Assembly: GCA_030390025.1 (NCBI GenBank)
Contig: CM059432.1
Location: 36,210,001 to 36,274,000 of the forward strand
Length of the DNA: 64,000 bases
Source of the DNA: Squalus acanthias
Taxonomy: Eukaryota
Direction: 5' to 3'
The notes under the pieces were generated by a model, which was not told the DNA's origin, did no database searches, and saw only the letters and a list, made by a program, of their open reading frames with translations. Made by a program: the position numbers and the translations under genes. Below are positions 35,629-48,165 of this stretch, piece after piece (the first letter of the stretch is position 1; every line of letters starts with the position of its first letter).

Positions 35629-37922
35629 TTATCACCCTTGTGCATTCCCTTAGTGCCTGTCTTCCATGTGCCTTTGCCTATCCTAGCACTCCTAAAGAAA
35701 GACTTGCATTTATATAGCGCCTTTCACGACCACCGGACGTCCCAAAGTGCTTTACAGCCAATGAAGTACTTTTTGAAGCGTAGTCACTGTTGTAATGTAG
35801 GAAATGTGGCAGCCAATTTGCACACAGCAAACAGCAATGTGATAATGACCAGATAATCTGTTTTAGTGATGTTGATTGAGGGATAAATATTGGCTAGGAC
35901 ACCGGAGATAACTCCCCTGCTCTTCTTCAAAATAGTGCCATAGGATCTTTTACATCCACCTGAGAGGGTAGACAGTTTAACATCTCATCTGAAAGACAGC
36001 ACCTCCGACAGTGCAGCACTCCCTCAGTACTGTAGTGGAGTGTTAGCCTACAATTTTGTGCTCAAGTTGCTGGAGTGGGACTATAAACCTGCAACCTTCT
36101 GACTCAGAGGCAAGGGTGCTACCAACTGAGCCACAGCTAACACTGTGAAGTCCTACAAAATGCTTCCCCAATGGCTACAGCATGGATGGTGGAAGGCTGC
36201 TGACATTCAATTGAGGAGCCTGCAGATGGCCTTGGAGGATGACCTCGAGCAGCATAGGCCTAGAGAGCCTGGCTTTAGACTGCACTATCTCGGCCTGGGC
36301 TATCTGGCTGACAGGCAATAGCAAGGGAGTGGAGGAGTGGCAAAGGGTGGGAGCAGGGATGCTGTCAGCCTGAGAGAGGACAGCAGGTTCTTGTTCCATG
36401 GAGCCACTGCCACTCTCCCAGGACGGCACCTCAACAATTCTACTGATCTGTTGGAGAACAAATTGATAGACTGCTGTGATGCCCTGGAAACCCCTTTGAA
36501 CAGTGGTATCGATGGCAGTATTCTGAGTTTGCAAGGCAGCAGTCTGAGATTCCACTGCAGCACTCAGACCTCTGACATAAGCTGTTTGTGCTGCAATGGA
36601 AGCTGTGACATCGGTCATCAGACGCTGCATCACGGTGGGTTCCACAGGTGTGTTGGTAGAGGTGACTACCCGTTCCAGTAGGAAAGGATGGGCTTCAAAC
36701 TCTGCTCAAAGCCCTGTGCCAAGTTGGAGCTGGACTCCTGCATGCTCCTTGATATTGTGCACAGGCTTTCTGGCAGGCTTTCCAGTGCACCAAGCATTTG
36801 ATTGTATATGCCCATCAGCCTCCTTCTGTAGCCTGGGCCATCGAAGTTCTCATCTGACACCTCTGCAGCAGAACCAGTGTGCGACCTCACCCTCCGGTAA
36901 GCTGGCACCTGCGCTATCCTTTCCCCCTGCCCTGACTCCAGCACACTTGTGCTCGGTGTCTCACCACGTGCAGATCCTTCCTCTCTCCTAGCCTCTAAAA
37001 TATGCACAGTGTCAGTCTCTGAGCTGGTGGCTGCAAGTGTAGGTTCAAGTGACGGTGTCTCTTCATCTTCACTGTCTTCTTCCTCCTCTGACTGGGAAGG
37101 TTCCAGTTCTTGGGTATCTGAAATGAAAAAGGGACAAGGGTTGGGTTGTGGTAAGAGGAGAGGAAAAAGAAGTGCGTGCTTACACCATCTGCAGCTGGTG
37201 AGTCAGAAGAAATTGTGAGATGAGGGAGAAGTGGGATAAGAGGAGGATTCGGTATGCAGCTAGCCTTATCATTGATCCTTCCAGCACGGCCAGTGGCTAC
37301 AGCCTCAGCAATGCCCCATCCCATGGTGGCCAGCATTGTCTCCTCCATGGAGGTTAAAACATGCAGGTGCGCTTCTTCTCCTCCAGTTCTTTCCTGCTGC
37401 CTCCTGTTATGCGCCACCTTCTCCTGCAAGAAAGAGGGAAGTGTGTCAGTGAGTGTCCTGCAATATGTTTGGGTGATGTGGCTGTCATGGTTGAATAGCT
37501 GCCAGTGTTTGCGCGGTGTGAGTTATTGGTGCGTGGCCTGCCACAGTGCTGAGTGTGTGAGGGCGAGGTAAATCATATGAATTGAAGGGTTGAGTACTGA
37601 TTGATAGAGATTGTTGGTCGGTGGGTGATGGTGGTGTAGTGAATTGAGCGGTGGATGAGGCTAGTGGTGCAGTTGCTAGGATATGTCATTTGAAGATTGA
37701 ACTCACTCTCCCTGACAACTCATGTCAGATCGTTAAACTTCTTCCTGCACTGCATCCATGTTCTTGGAGCTCCACTCCTGGCATTGACCTCTGCTGCTAC
37801 TTCTTCCCACTGTCTCGAGGGCCTCCTGCCCCTGCGGATACAGGATGTCTCTCCTCTCCACGCTGTGCACCAAGTGCATTAGCAGAAACCTTGATGCATG
37901 CTCTCTTGCAAGTTGAGCCATC
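35629..37922 (-). pseudogene. Harbinger Myb/SANT-like accessory gene remnant with two introns, interrupted by a SINE at 35697-36140
   Basis: Homologous to 49138-51022 (EKVAHNRRQQERTGG; identical 3' segment gacaggcactaagggaatgcacaagggtga). Confidence 0.8.
35697..36140 (-). mobile_element. DeuSINE (SacSINE1-like)
   Basis: Near full-length reverse copy of the family at 47719. Confidence 0.88.
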
Positions 37923-38602
37923 TTAGAAAAATCTTCAGAAGCAATTTGCAACTCACGATACTGGGCCCCTGCTGATGCGTGCAGCCAATGAACAGCGCAG
38001 GTAGTGCTGGCTGCACGCACCAATCATGAAAATCAGCAGGCAGCGCAAATTTAACGTCCTGCCTGCAGCGCAATGAACAGGCGCGGGTTAATCGTTTTCG
38101 GGTCTTATCCAATTTAACCCCCATGATCTCCTCAACAAAAAATGTAATCAAAGCATTTCCACCTACACTATCCCTGTTTCTTATTGCTCACAGAACTTAC
38201 TCCTCCTCAACATAGCAATGTAAATACAACTACTTTTTTATTATTATTGGAATTTCATTAAGTTCCCATGGATCTTATTACAGTCTGCTTCAAGTCTACT
38301 TGTCAAACACCCTTTTACGTCAAAACTCACAAAGTATTTACTTAATTTATATAAGAGGGTTCTGTGGGTTAGCTGGGTGTCTGACATATAGGGAAACCAT
38401 CCGCATTCTTAATAGTCACCAGACTATACCACTGAGAAATGTACATCAGTAGAGTGTATGCTCTCTCTTTGTCAGGACACAGCCCACTTAACTAAGTCCA
38501 GATAGCTCTGATTGTGCACAGGGCACTGCTGGGGTTTAACTAGCTAAAACCGCACAGCACTGGTGAGCTTCCCATTACTTGGATACTCTACACATCAAAG
38601 GT

Positions 38603-39010
38603 GTCAGCTTGGCTCAGTGGGTAGCACTCTTGCCTCTAAGTCAGAGGAACAGTTGTGAGTTTATGCCCCACCTTAGAACTTGTAGTACACAATTTAGACT
38701 GACATTAGTGAAGTACTGAAGGAGTGCTGCAGTATTAGAGGTACTATCTTTCCGATGAGATATTAAACTGAGGTCTGTTTGGGTGGATATAAAAGATCCT
38801 ATGGCACTGTTTGAAGAAGAAGAAGGGGGGTGTCCTGGTCAACACTTATCCCTCCATCAAAACTAGAAATTTATATCTGTGGGATCTTGCTATGTACAAA
38901 TGAGCTGCTACATTTGCCTACAAAACAACAGTGACTACACTCCAGTGTTTTTAAAGCACTTTGGGACATTCCTAGGATGTTGCTACATGAATGCAAGTTC
39001 CTTCTTTTTC
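38603..39010 (+). mobile_element. DeuSINE, decayed
   Basis: gtcagcttggctcagtgggtagcactc head and L2-like tail. Confidence 0.8.
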
Positions 39011-39089
39011 TTTATGTTTATAAATAAGAGATTTATATTTTAGTGCTATCATTTTCAACCAATATCAAACCCGCAATAGGAATTGAGCA

Positions 39090-39770
39090 TGTTCTCACTG
39101 GAAACGAGAAGGTTGAAAGTTGACATGATTGTGTTTTTAGGATTCTAAAGGGACTAGATAACGTAGACCATGACGAGCTGTTTCACCTTGTCCAGAACAG
39201 CAGAACCGGAGGACACGGCCTGTGCTTAAAGGAGACAAATTCATAACTAATCTGCGGAAACAATATTTCAGTGAGTGAGTGGTCAATCTATGGAACAGGC
39301 TCGCTAGGGAGATGGAGGAAGCAGTCAGTATTGATTAATTCAAATGCAAATTAGATGCATTTCTTTCAGAAAAGAACATTTTGGGATACAGTATATGAGT
39401 AATTTGGGACACAGCATGTGGTAAGTGTAGTGTACTTGGGAGGGACAGGTGACTAAAAACAGAAAATGCTGGAAATACTCAGCAGGTCAGGCAGCATCTG
39501 TGGAGAGAGAAACAGAGTTAATGTTTCAGGTCGATGACCACAGATGTTGCCTGACCTGCTGAGTATTTCCAGCATTTTCTGTCTTTATTTCAGATTTCCA
39601 GCATCCGCAGTATTTTGCTTTTGTCCAGGTGACTTTGGACTTAAGGTTCCAAAGACTTTCCACCACTGGGTCATGAATGGGTCTGCTGTAGACTAATTGA
39701 TGGATTGATTGCCATTATTGGTCAACAACTCCATTATCATTGTATCATGCGACTACCAGGATGGTAGCAA
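39090..39770 (+). mobile_element. Divergent CR1 3' fragment
   Basis: TGGHGLCL..LRKQYFSE*VVNLWNRL, a CR1 C-terminal pattern, at 39200-39300. Confidence 0.7.
39455..39625. mobile_element. Penelope-like inverted-repeat insertion (second family)
   Basis: About 45-bp IR (39459-39503 / 39538-39582); 9-bp TSD caggtgact (39446-39454 / 39626-39634). A degenerate relative lies at about 53675-53880. Confidence 0.65.
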
Positions 39771-40779
39771 TCCCTATGAATCAATGTTAAAATCTTAGCC
39801 AGAGCAACCATTGGGGTATTTCAATTGGTCTTTGCACCACCAGAGCAAGAACAGAAAAAAATTGCCAGGACTCCTTGTTCTTTATTTCCATCTGGTGACC
39901 CCTGCTGGAATGTGTGTGCATGTGCAAGACATCAGGAGAGAACAGGATCAGGTTCAGTGGTGATGGCCGATGTGGTCAAATAATTTGCCAACACTTGCTG
40001 CCTGGGCTCATGTATGCTGCTGCTTGTGGGACCACACCCCACCAAGATTAGGCACATTCAGGGGAGGAGGGGAGAAACTTGGAGGGATTAAAATATATAT
40101 GTATGTGTGTCTATCGGGAGCCACCAGGAACGCTTCAGCAGAGGTCGCTGCAAGCTTTTTGGTAAGCAGAGGACAGACTCGCACATTCCTGTGTCTCAGT
40201 TTCTTTTGCATTTCAATCATTTCGATGGGAATATTTTTAGCCTGGAAGCAGTATGTGGCTTTGACATGTTTTTGTCAGGCCAACAGCACAAACAATGGCT
40301 AATGCCTCGCTGTGACAGAGGACAGTGTTTCAGCTGAGCTTAATCTACGTAGAAGCTGTCACTGGGAATCTATCGCTTTGCCACCCAGCAATCTAGCACA
40401 GTAAAATATTGAAATTATGAATGTTTTATCATTATTTTGCAATTAAGTTTAATGCAAATGTACATGGGCACTGCCCGGAAGCTGCTCCCTGCGGGAAGCC
40501 TGCAGCCTGTCTTTTTCAGTAGGGGTCTTTCATTTGCTTCAGAACCACAAGTAAGCTTGAAGAGGTCGACAGCATCACTGCAGAAGCCGTCAACAACAGA
40601 GATCGATGATAAGTTTCTGTGATGACTCAGTGGGTAAACGCAGCATGTTACTGATCCATACAGACTAGGAAGACCCCATGTCCACTCCTTAATCTGTGCT
40701 GATTAGGCTGATGCTGTATAATTGTTTTCAGTGCCCTTGATTAGAGGGAGGGAAATCAGACAGAATGTCAGAAAGTGTA

Positions 40780-41712
40780 GATGGAAGCATAAAATTACAA
40801 AGAGATATTAATAGAATAAGCGAACAGGCAAAAACTGTGGCGAATGGATTTCAATATAGACAAACGTGAGGTCATCCACTTTTGACCTATAAAGGATAGA
40901 ACAGAGTACTTTATAAATGGTGAAAAGCTAGAAACAGTGGAGGTCCAAAAGAGACTTAAGGGTCCATGTACATAGATCATTAAAATGTCATGGACAGGTA
41001 CAGAAAATAATCAAAAAGGCTAATGGAATGCTGACCTTTATATGTAGAGGACTAGAAAACAAGGGGGTAGAAGTTATACTACAGCTATACAAAGCCCTGG
41101 TTAGACCACACCTGGAGTACTGTGAGCAGTTCTGGGCACCTCACCGTAGGAAATGTATAGTGCCCTTGGAGGGAGTGCAGCGTAAATTTACCAGAATGAT
41201 ACCTGGACTCCAAGGGTTAAATTACGAGGAGGGATTTCACAAACAAGGGTTGTAGACCCTGGAATTTAGACGGTTATGGGGTGATTTAAAAAAAAATTCG
41301 TTCATGGGATGTGGGCCTCGCTGGCAAGGTCAGCATTTATTGCGATTGATCTAAGTTTTCAAGATATTACGGGGAACTGATAGGGTAGATAGAGAGAAGC
41401 TATTTCATTAATTGGGAAGTCTAGGACTGGGGGCATAGCCTAAAAAGTAGAGCTAGGCCTTTCAGGAGTGAAGTGAGGAAACACTTCTACACACAAAGCA
41501 TGGTAGAAGTTTGGAACTCTCTTCCGCACACAGCAATTGATGCTAGGTCAATTGTTAATTTTAAATCAAAGATTGATAGATTTTTGTTAACCAAAAGTAT
41601 TGAGGGATATGGGGCAAAGGCGGGTGTATGGAGTTAGGTCACCGATCAGCCATGATCTCATTGAATGGCGGAACAGGCTTGAGTGGCTAAATGGCCTACT
41701 CTTGTTCCTAAG
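40780..41712 (+). mobile_element. CR1 3' fragment
   Basis: ORF 41028-41255 (LVRPHLEYCEQFW); CR1 3' UTR. Confidence 0.9.
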
Positions 41713-41909
41713 TCCCAGCTTGATCTTTATCCATGACTCTTGCTTGAAAAAAAGCATGTAGGGTGGACTTTCTTTGGGCACAGAATCAGGTTTGGCTATG
41801 ATGCCCCACCATAGTTCAGATTAGTGGCACTCTTTGCCAAGTCATAAGGCTGGTGGTTCAAATCAGAAAGAAAGACTTGGATTTATATAGCACCTTTCAA
41901 GATCTTTAC

Positions 41910-43200
41910 AATAACAACAACTTATATTTATATAGCGCCTTTAAAGTAATATAACGCCCCAAGGCGATTCACAGGAGTGTTATCAAGAAAAACAAAATTT
42001 GACACCGAGCCATATAAGGAGATGTTAGGGCAGATGACCAAAAGCTTGGTCGAAGAGGTGGGTTTTAAAGAGCGTCTTAAAGGAGGAAAGAGAAGTGGAG
42101 AGGCGGAGAGATTTAGGGAGGGAATTCCGGAGCTTAGGACCTAGGCAGTTGAAGGCACAACCGCCAATGGTGGAGTATTTAAAATCAGGGATGTTCAAAA
42201 ATGAAAGATTTGCATTTATATATAGCGCCTTTCACGACCACTGGACGTCTCAAAGTGCTTTACAGTCAATGAAGTACTTTTGAAGTGGAGTCACTGTCGT
42301 AATGTGGGAAACGCGGCAGCCAATTTGCACACAGCAAGGTCCCACAAACAGCAATGTGATAATGACCAGATAATCGGTTTTTGTTATGTTGGTTGAGGGA
42401 TAAATATTGGCCAGGACCCCGGGGATAACTCCCCTGCTCTTCTTCAAAATAGTGCCATGGGATCTTTTACGTCCACCTGAGAGGGCAGACAGGGCCTCGG
42501 TTTGTCTCATCCAAAAGACGGCACCTCCGACAGTGCAGCACTCACTCAGCACTGCAGTGGAGTGTCAGCCTAGCTTTATGTGCTCAAGTCCCTGGAGTGA
42601 GACTTGAACCCACAACTTTCTGACTCAGAGGCAAGTGTGCTACCCACTGAGCCACAGCTGACAAAAGGCCAGAATAGGTGTAGTGCAGAGGTTTAGGAGG
42701 ATTATAGGGCTGGAGGAGATTACAGAGATAAGAGGGGCGAGGCCATGGTGGGATTTGAAAACAAGGATGAGAATTTTAAAATCGAGGCGTTGCTTAACTG
42801 GGAGCCAATGTAGGTCAGCAATGAAGTACTTTTTGAAGTATAGTCACTATTATAATGTAGGAAACAAGGCAGTCAATTTAAGCACAGCACAGTCTCACAA
42901 ACAGTAGTGTGAAAAGACCAGATAATCTGTTTTTAGTGATGCTGGTTGAGGGATAAATATTGGCCAGGCAACCAGGAGAAAACGTCTGCTCTTCTTTGAA
43001 TAGTGCCACGGGATCTTTTACGGGCACCTGAGAGGAAAGATGGGGCCTCGGTTTAACGTTTCATCCAAAAGACAGCACCGTCCAACACTCCCTCAATAGT
43101 GCACTGGAGTGTCAGCCTAAGTTATGTCAAATCTCTGGAGTGGGATTATGAACCCACAACTTTCTAACTCAGAGATGTAAGGTCTACCAATTGAGCCAAA
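41910..43200 (-). mobile_element. L2 fragment split by a DeuSINE (42205-42662), followed by a second DeuSINE (42820-43200)
   Basis: L2 sequence rejoins at gatgttcaaaa / aaaaggccagaatagg. Confidence 0.85.
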
Positions 43201-44781
43201 CACTCCAAAAATCCTACTCCAAGACTTGAGCACATAATCTAGGCTGACACTACAGTGCAGTACTGAGGAAGCACTATCTTTTGGATAAGACATTTAACCA
43301 TGGCCATGTTTGCCTTTGCCACTGGTTCAGGTAGACTTTAAAGATGCTATGACACTTTATGAAGACCAGAAGGGAATCTTTTTTGGCCTGCAGTCTCTTT
43401 GACTGACACTGGGTGGCAGCTGTAGGAAGAGGCAGGGATGGATCTGAGTGGTGCAGGTTGGTCACCACAGTCTCAACCCAGCTGACTCACTCCTTTTTTA
43501 GTGTAACACTGCAGAAGATTATGACATGTTTGCAGGGACTGAGTAGCACAGCATAATTGAACAGTATCCTTTCATTACTCAGACATGAGGCTGGAGCTGA
43601 CAGATGCTATAAAAGTCTCCGCTCTCTCTGACACCTGTTCAGAATCCTAAGAGGAGGCAAGCTTCAGACAGTCTCAGCCCAGTTCCAATTCATGAGTCTG
43701 CAGCATAAAACTGTACCCTTGTACTACCATCGCACATCTTCATGAAGACAAATTTAGCAATTAGGTTAAAATGCAGTGAATAAATTAAAGTGTCACGTAG
43801 CAGCACACAAGACAAAACGTTCCTGCTGGACCGCAAGCAGAATTGATTCTGAGAGTTTTTTTCTTCCCATCTTCCTCTCCTGAAGACACAAGCCTGGATT
43901 TTCTGATTGGTTATTATTTTAACGCTGGTGTTAACCCGTTTGAAATAAATGGATTATCGCTGGTATTTAAAATAACGCCGACTGGAAAATGCGGGTAGAG
44001 TTCTGTGGGTCCCAGACCCTCTCCAATCTCTTGGTCAAGTGTCCACTCTTCATACGTGAATCTGGAAAGTGAGTATGATTAGGTTGCTCAGTCACAGAGA
44101 GGATTACAGCCAGACGCTGATCTGGTCCTCACCCATGAACAATTTTCAGTGGGAGTTACTTGACAGCAATTAGAAGCGGAAATCATGGCTGATTTTTCCT
44201 TATCCCACAAACATTAAACTCAATTGAGCCACTGACTTTAGCTCTTCACAGCACCTACTTATCTATGGCCTGAACTTAATCTCTCTGATTGCTCCCTCTG
44301 GTTAAATCTGGAGGTACAGAATCTTGGGTGTCCTGTTTGATCCTGGACTGAGCTTCCTCCATCACAGTCAGTCTGTTGCCAGTGATTCACCTCCAGAACG
44401 TTAGCTGTTTATGCTTCAGCTCCTTCACTCTAGTCCATGCTTCCAAGACCTTAGGGAATGATACTCTTCTTGGCAGCCATCCTACCTCTATCGTTCACAA
44501 ACTCCAGCTTATTAACAACTCCGTGGCCCGCAGCCTCTCTCGCACAAAGTCACGTATGCTCATGAACCCTGCCCTTGGCCCAGTGAATCGACTTCAAATT
44601 CATCCTCATAGCCTCCACAGCCTCTCTCAAAACCACTCCACCTTGCTATCTCTCCCTCCCTTCAAAAGACTCCTAAAACCCTTCTCCTTGACCATGTCTT
44701 TGGTCTTTCCCTTCCCAAATCTTTCCTGATCAGCTCCAACTTTTCCAGCTTGTTAAGTGGTCTGAGATATGTTGAGCACTG

Positions 44782-45300
44782 TAGGCGCACCAACGTCAGT
44801 GTTCTTGCTCAGGCCAACATCCCCAGCATCGAAGCTTTGACCACCCTCGATCAGCTCCGATGGACGGGTCACATTGTCCGCATGCCCGATACGAGACTCC
44901 CAAAACAAGCGCTCTACTCGGAGCTCCGGCACGGCTAGAGAGTCCCAGGTGGGCAGAGGAAACGCTTCAAGGACACCCTCAAAGCCTCCTTGAAAAAGTG
45001 TAACATCCCCACTGACACCTGGGAATCCCTGGCCCAAGACCACACAAAGTGGAGGAGAAGCATCCGGGAAGGCGCCGAACACCTCGAGTCTCTTCGCCGG
45101 GAGCAAGCGGAAGCCAAGCGCAGGCAGCGCAAGGAGCGCACGTCAACCCAAGCACCCCACCCACCTGCTCCTTCAACCACCGTCTGCCCCACCTGTGACA
45201 GAGACTGTAGGTCCCGCATTGGACTCATCAGTCACCTGCGAACTCATTTTTAATGTGGAAGCAATTCATCCTCAGTTCCGAGGGACTGCCTAAGAAGAAG
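44782..45300 (+). mobile_element. RTE-clade LINE 3' fragment
   Basis: QLRWTGHIVRM..RLPKQALYSEL; C-terminal C2H2 motif CPTCDRDCRSRIGLISHLRTH; (aag)n tail. A second, internally deleted copy lies at about 61830-62000 (-). Confidence 0.88.
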
Positions 45301-46330
45301 ACTGTTGTAATGCCCTTGTCGTTGCCCTGGCTGAGACCAGCTAACTCAGTATGGACTGGAGATCAAACCCAGGACCTTCCTGGTCTGTAAGGCTCAGTTC
45401 CACACTGACTTTCCTTCTGATGAATTATTGCACTAAAATATGTATTTTGTGCTCCTTGAAATGTCTTAAGTGAGATTTGGTAGCCTTTTTGCTTTAATTA
45501 TACTTGGTATTAAATAGATCACACTCATTAATAAAAGTCAACTGCATTATATCCGGGATATTCTTCTACCTGTTTCAGATGAGATGTTTATGCAAGGTAC
45601 TGTCTTCCTGTTCCAGTGGTTTAGGTGGGTGTTAAAGATCTCATAATTCAGGAGGCTGTTAAAGATCCTATGGCACAGGTTGAAGAAGAGCAGAGAGCTG
45701 GCCTGGCCAACATCCTTCCCTCAACTAACATAATCAAAAGTAGAGTAACTGGTCCTACTTCTCATTGCTGTCTGTGGGATCTTGCTGTATTTGTCTACAA
45801 AACACAAATAATTCATTGCATGTGAAGTTATTTGGGATATTTCTGAGAGAAGCTATACAAAAATGTGATTTCTTTCAATTTAAGATGTTGAATTTTCATC
45901 TAATGTTTATTTACCATATTTAAAAAAAAAATAATTTTGTGATCAATGTGAGGGATGTTAGTGCAGGGGAATGGAACATTTCCCATTTCAGGCAGCCTAT
46001 GCTAGCATCAAGCAGTCCCATGTCAGATACAGCACTGATGCAGAGTAAGGCTCGCTCAACAGTACCCCATCATTGTATCCTCAGCCTTAATTTCAGAAGA
46101 GCAACCCCATCTTCACCAATGTGCCATTTTCCCATTTTGTACACCAACCATTCTGTGAGCTCTTTGAGATTGCCAATTTAATGTCTAAACTGGGAGCAGT
46201 TTTATTTCCTGGGACCATTGCCCGCTAGAAATGGGAATGATAATCCCAAAAGTAGTTTCACACGAACCAGCAGAGGGGTGGTAGTATGTGGTATTTTAAT
46301 GATTTGGTGGTCAGTGTGCATGATTACAAT

Positions 46331-46620
46331 CAAAGTCGGATTAAGAATTCTTTGAGCCCTGGGCACCAAGAACATTCAGGGCTTCTCCGTTCCCCTTGCT
46401 CAATCCCGCCCCCCTACCCCAATCCATCAAAACACAAATGTGTTGTGAAATGCATGAATAGGGCCATAGAATGGTTACACACTACATTAATAATAAAGCA
46501 AATCATATCACAATATACGCTTAAATGAAAAATATTTGCATGGGGGCCTTGGTAGGGGCCCAATATTTGGCTGGGGCCCCCTGGCATGGGTCCCGTAGAC
46601 CTGTGTGTTAATCCGCCCCG
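46331..46620. mobile_element. hAT-like MITE, old
   Basis: Ends caaagtcggattaa / ttaatccgccccg; 8-bp flanks attacaat / gttaccat (6/8 match). Confidence 0.55.
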
Positions 46621-46899
46621 GTTACCATGCACTTACTACCCAACTGGCTTTAATGCCTGAAGGCAGAACAATTCAGCCAGATTCTTTTTTTCAAGAATCA
46701 AGGCCTGGGTTGAAAAGAGTAGCAAAGTTGACAAAGTATCTGAGGAAGGTAGTGGCTGTGTGATGCTCAGCCTGGAGTTTCTTTGTTGCCAGTTTTCTCT
46801 CTGCTTCGTCCTCTCCTGAACAGCAACCAGTCTGTAAATAACAGCTTTAACACAGTAAATGTTCCACTTAGTGAGCAATAGCAGGATAGAAATTAAGAA

Positions 46900-47600
46900 A
46901 GAACTTGCATTCACATAGCATCTTTCACTCTGTGAAAGAATGAATTACTTTTAAAGTGGCATTGTTGCTTTATAGGCAAACATGCCATGCCACAGCAAGG
47001 TTCCACAAATTAGATAAATGACCAGTTAATTTGGTTTGGTTGAGGGATGAATGTTGACTAGGAGACTGAGAGAATGCACTGTTCTTTGAATTTTGCCATG
47101 GGATCTTTTACATCCAGTCAGACAGGGCCTTGGTTTAATGTCTCATTTGAAAGACGGCACCTCTGACAGTGCAGCGTTCCTTAATAGTGGAAAATCAGCC
47201 TAGATTATGCCTTCAAGTCCTGGAGCGGGGCTTGAACAAACTACTTGCTAACTCCGAGACTAAACTGCTACCAACTGAGCCAAGCTGATATTTAGGGGAG
47301 GTGACAAAAGGCATGGTTGAAGAGGTAGACCTTGAGGAGACTTTGAAGGTGAGTGGAGAGGCAGCAAAGTGGAGGGGTTTAGTTCTGGACTGTGGAGCCA
47401 AGATGGCTGAAGGCTCTGCCACCAAGGGTACGGTGGAGAGAGGGGGATGCAAAGGAGACCAGAGTCGAAAAGTGGAAATATGCCTTGAATGTAGAACTTG
47501 AGAATGAAGAGGTAGGCTGGGATAAGGCCATGGAGTGATTTGTAAAAAAGGATGGGGATTTTGAATTCAATGTGTTGAGGGACAGAGGGCCAGTAGAGCT
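46900..47600 (-). mobile_element. DeuSINE (46900-47290) adjoining an old L2 fragment (47290-47600)
   Basis: SINE homology; ORF 47260-47655 (LYWPSV..FKIPILFYKSLHGL). Confidence 0.75.
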
Positions 47601-47718
47601 TGGCATGGAAAGTGTAGGAGATATGTCCTAAGAATTGCCTTAAATGTGTCCTCAAAATGGAGTCAATAGTCTGACTAAATGCTAGGAGAGAAAAGGATTA
47701 GTGCTAAGTGAAAGTGAA

Positions 47719-48165
47719 AGCTGTGGCTCAGTTGGTAGTACCCTTGCCTCTAGGTCAGAAGGTTGTGGGTTCAAGTCCACTCCAGGGACTTGAGCACAAA
47801 ATTATAGGCTGATACTCCAGTGCAGTACTGAGGGAGTGCAGTACTGTCTTTTGGATGAGACGTTAAACCGTCTGTCCTCACAGGTTGATGTAAAAGATTC
47901 TATGGCACTATTGCGAAGAGGAGCAGGGGAGTTATCCCTGGTGTCCTAGCTGATATTTATCCCTCAATCAACGTCACCAAAAAAAAAGATTATCTGGTCA
48001 TTATCACATTGCTGTTTGTGGGAGCTTGCTGTGCGCAAATTGGCTGCTGCGTTTCCTACATTACAACACTGACTACACTCCAAAAGTACTTCATTGGCTG
48101 TAAAGCGCTTTGGGAAGTCCGGTGGTAGTGAAAGGCGCTATATAAATGCAAGTCTTTCTTTCCTT
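47719..48165 (+). mobile_element. DeuSINE (SacSINE1-like), well-preserved full-length copy
   Basis: A box tggctcagttggta, B box ggttcaagtcc, core gatgtaaaagattctatggcactattgcgaagaggagcagggg, tail ggcgctatataaatgcaagtctttctt. Confidence 0.9.

Larger units (their letters stand above)
34141..38122. mobile_element. PIF/Harbinger transposon copy 1 (decayed; contains L2 and SINE insertions)
   Basis: Termini gggcggctaaattaggat / atccaatttaaccccc; transposase remnant on +, Myb/SANT remnant on -, arranged convergently. Confidence 0.8.

Noticed and set aside
43590..43750. TATAAAA at about 43608 as the promoter of a second gene
   Set aside because: No credible downstream ORF or exon; a lone motif is insufficient.
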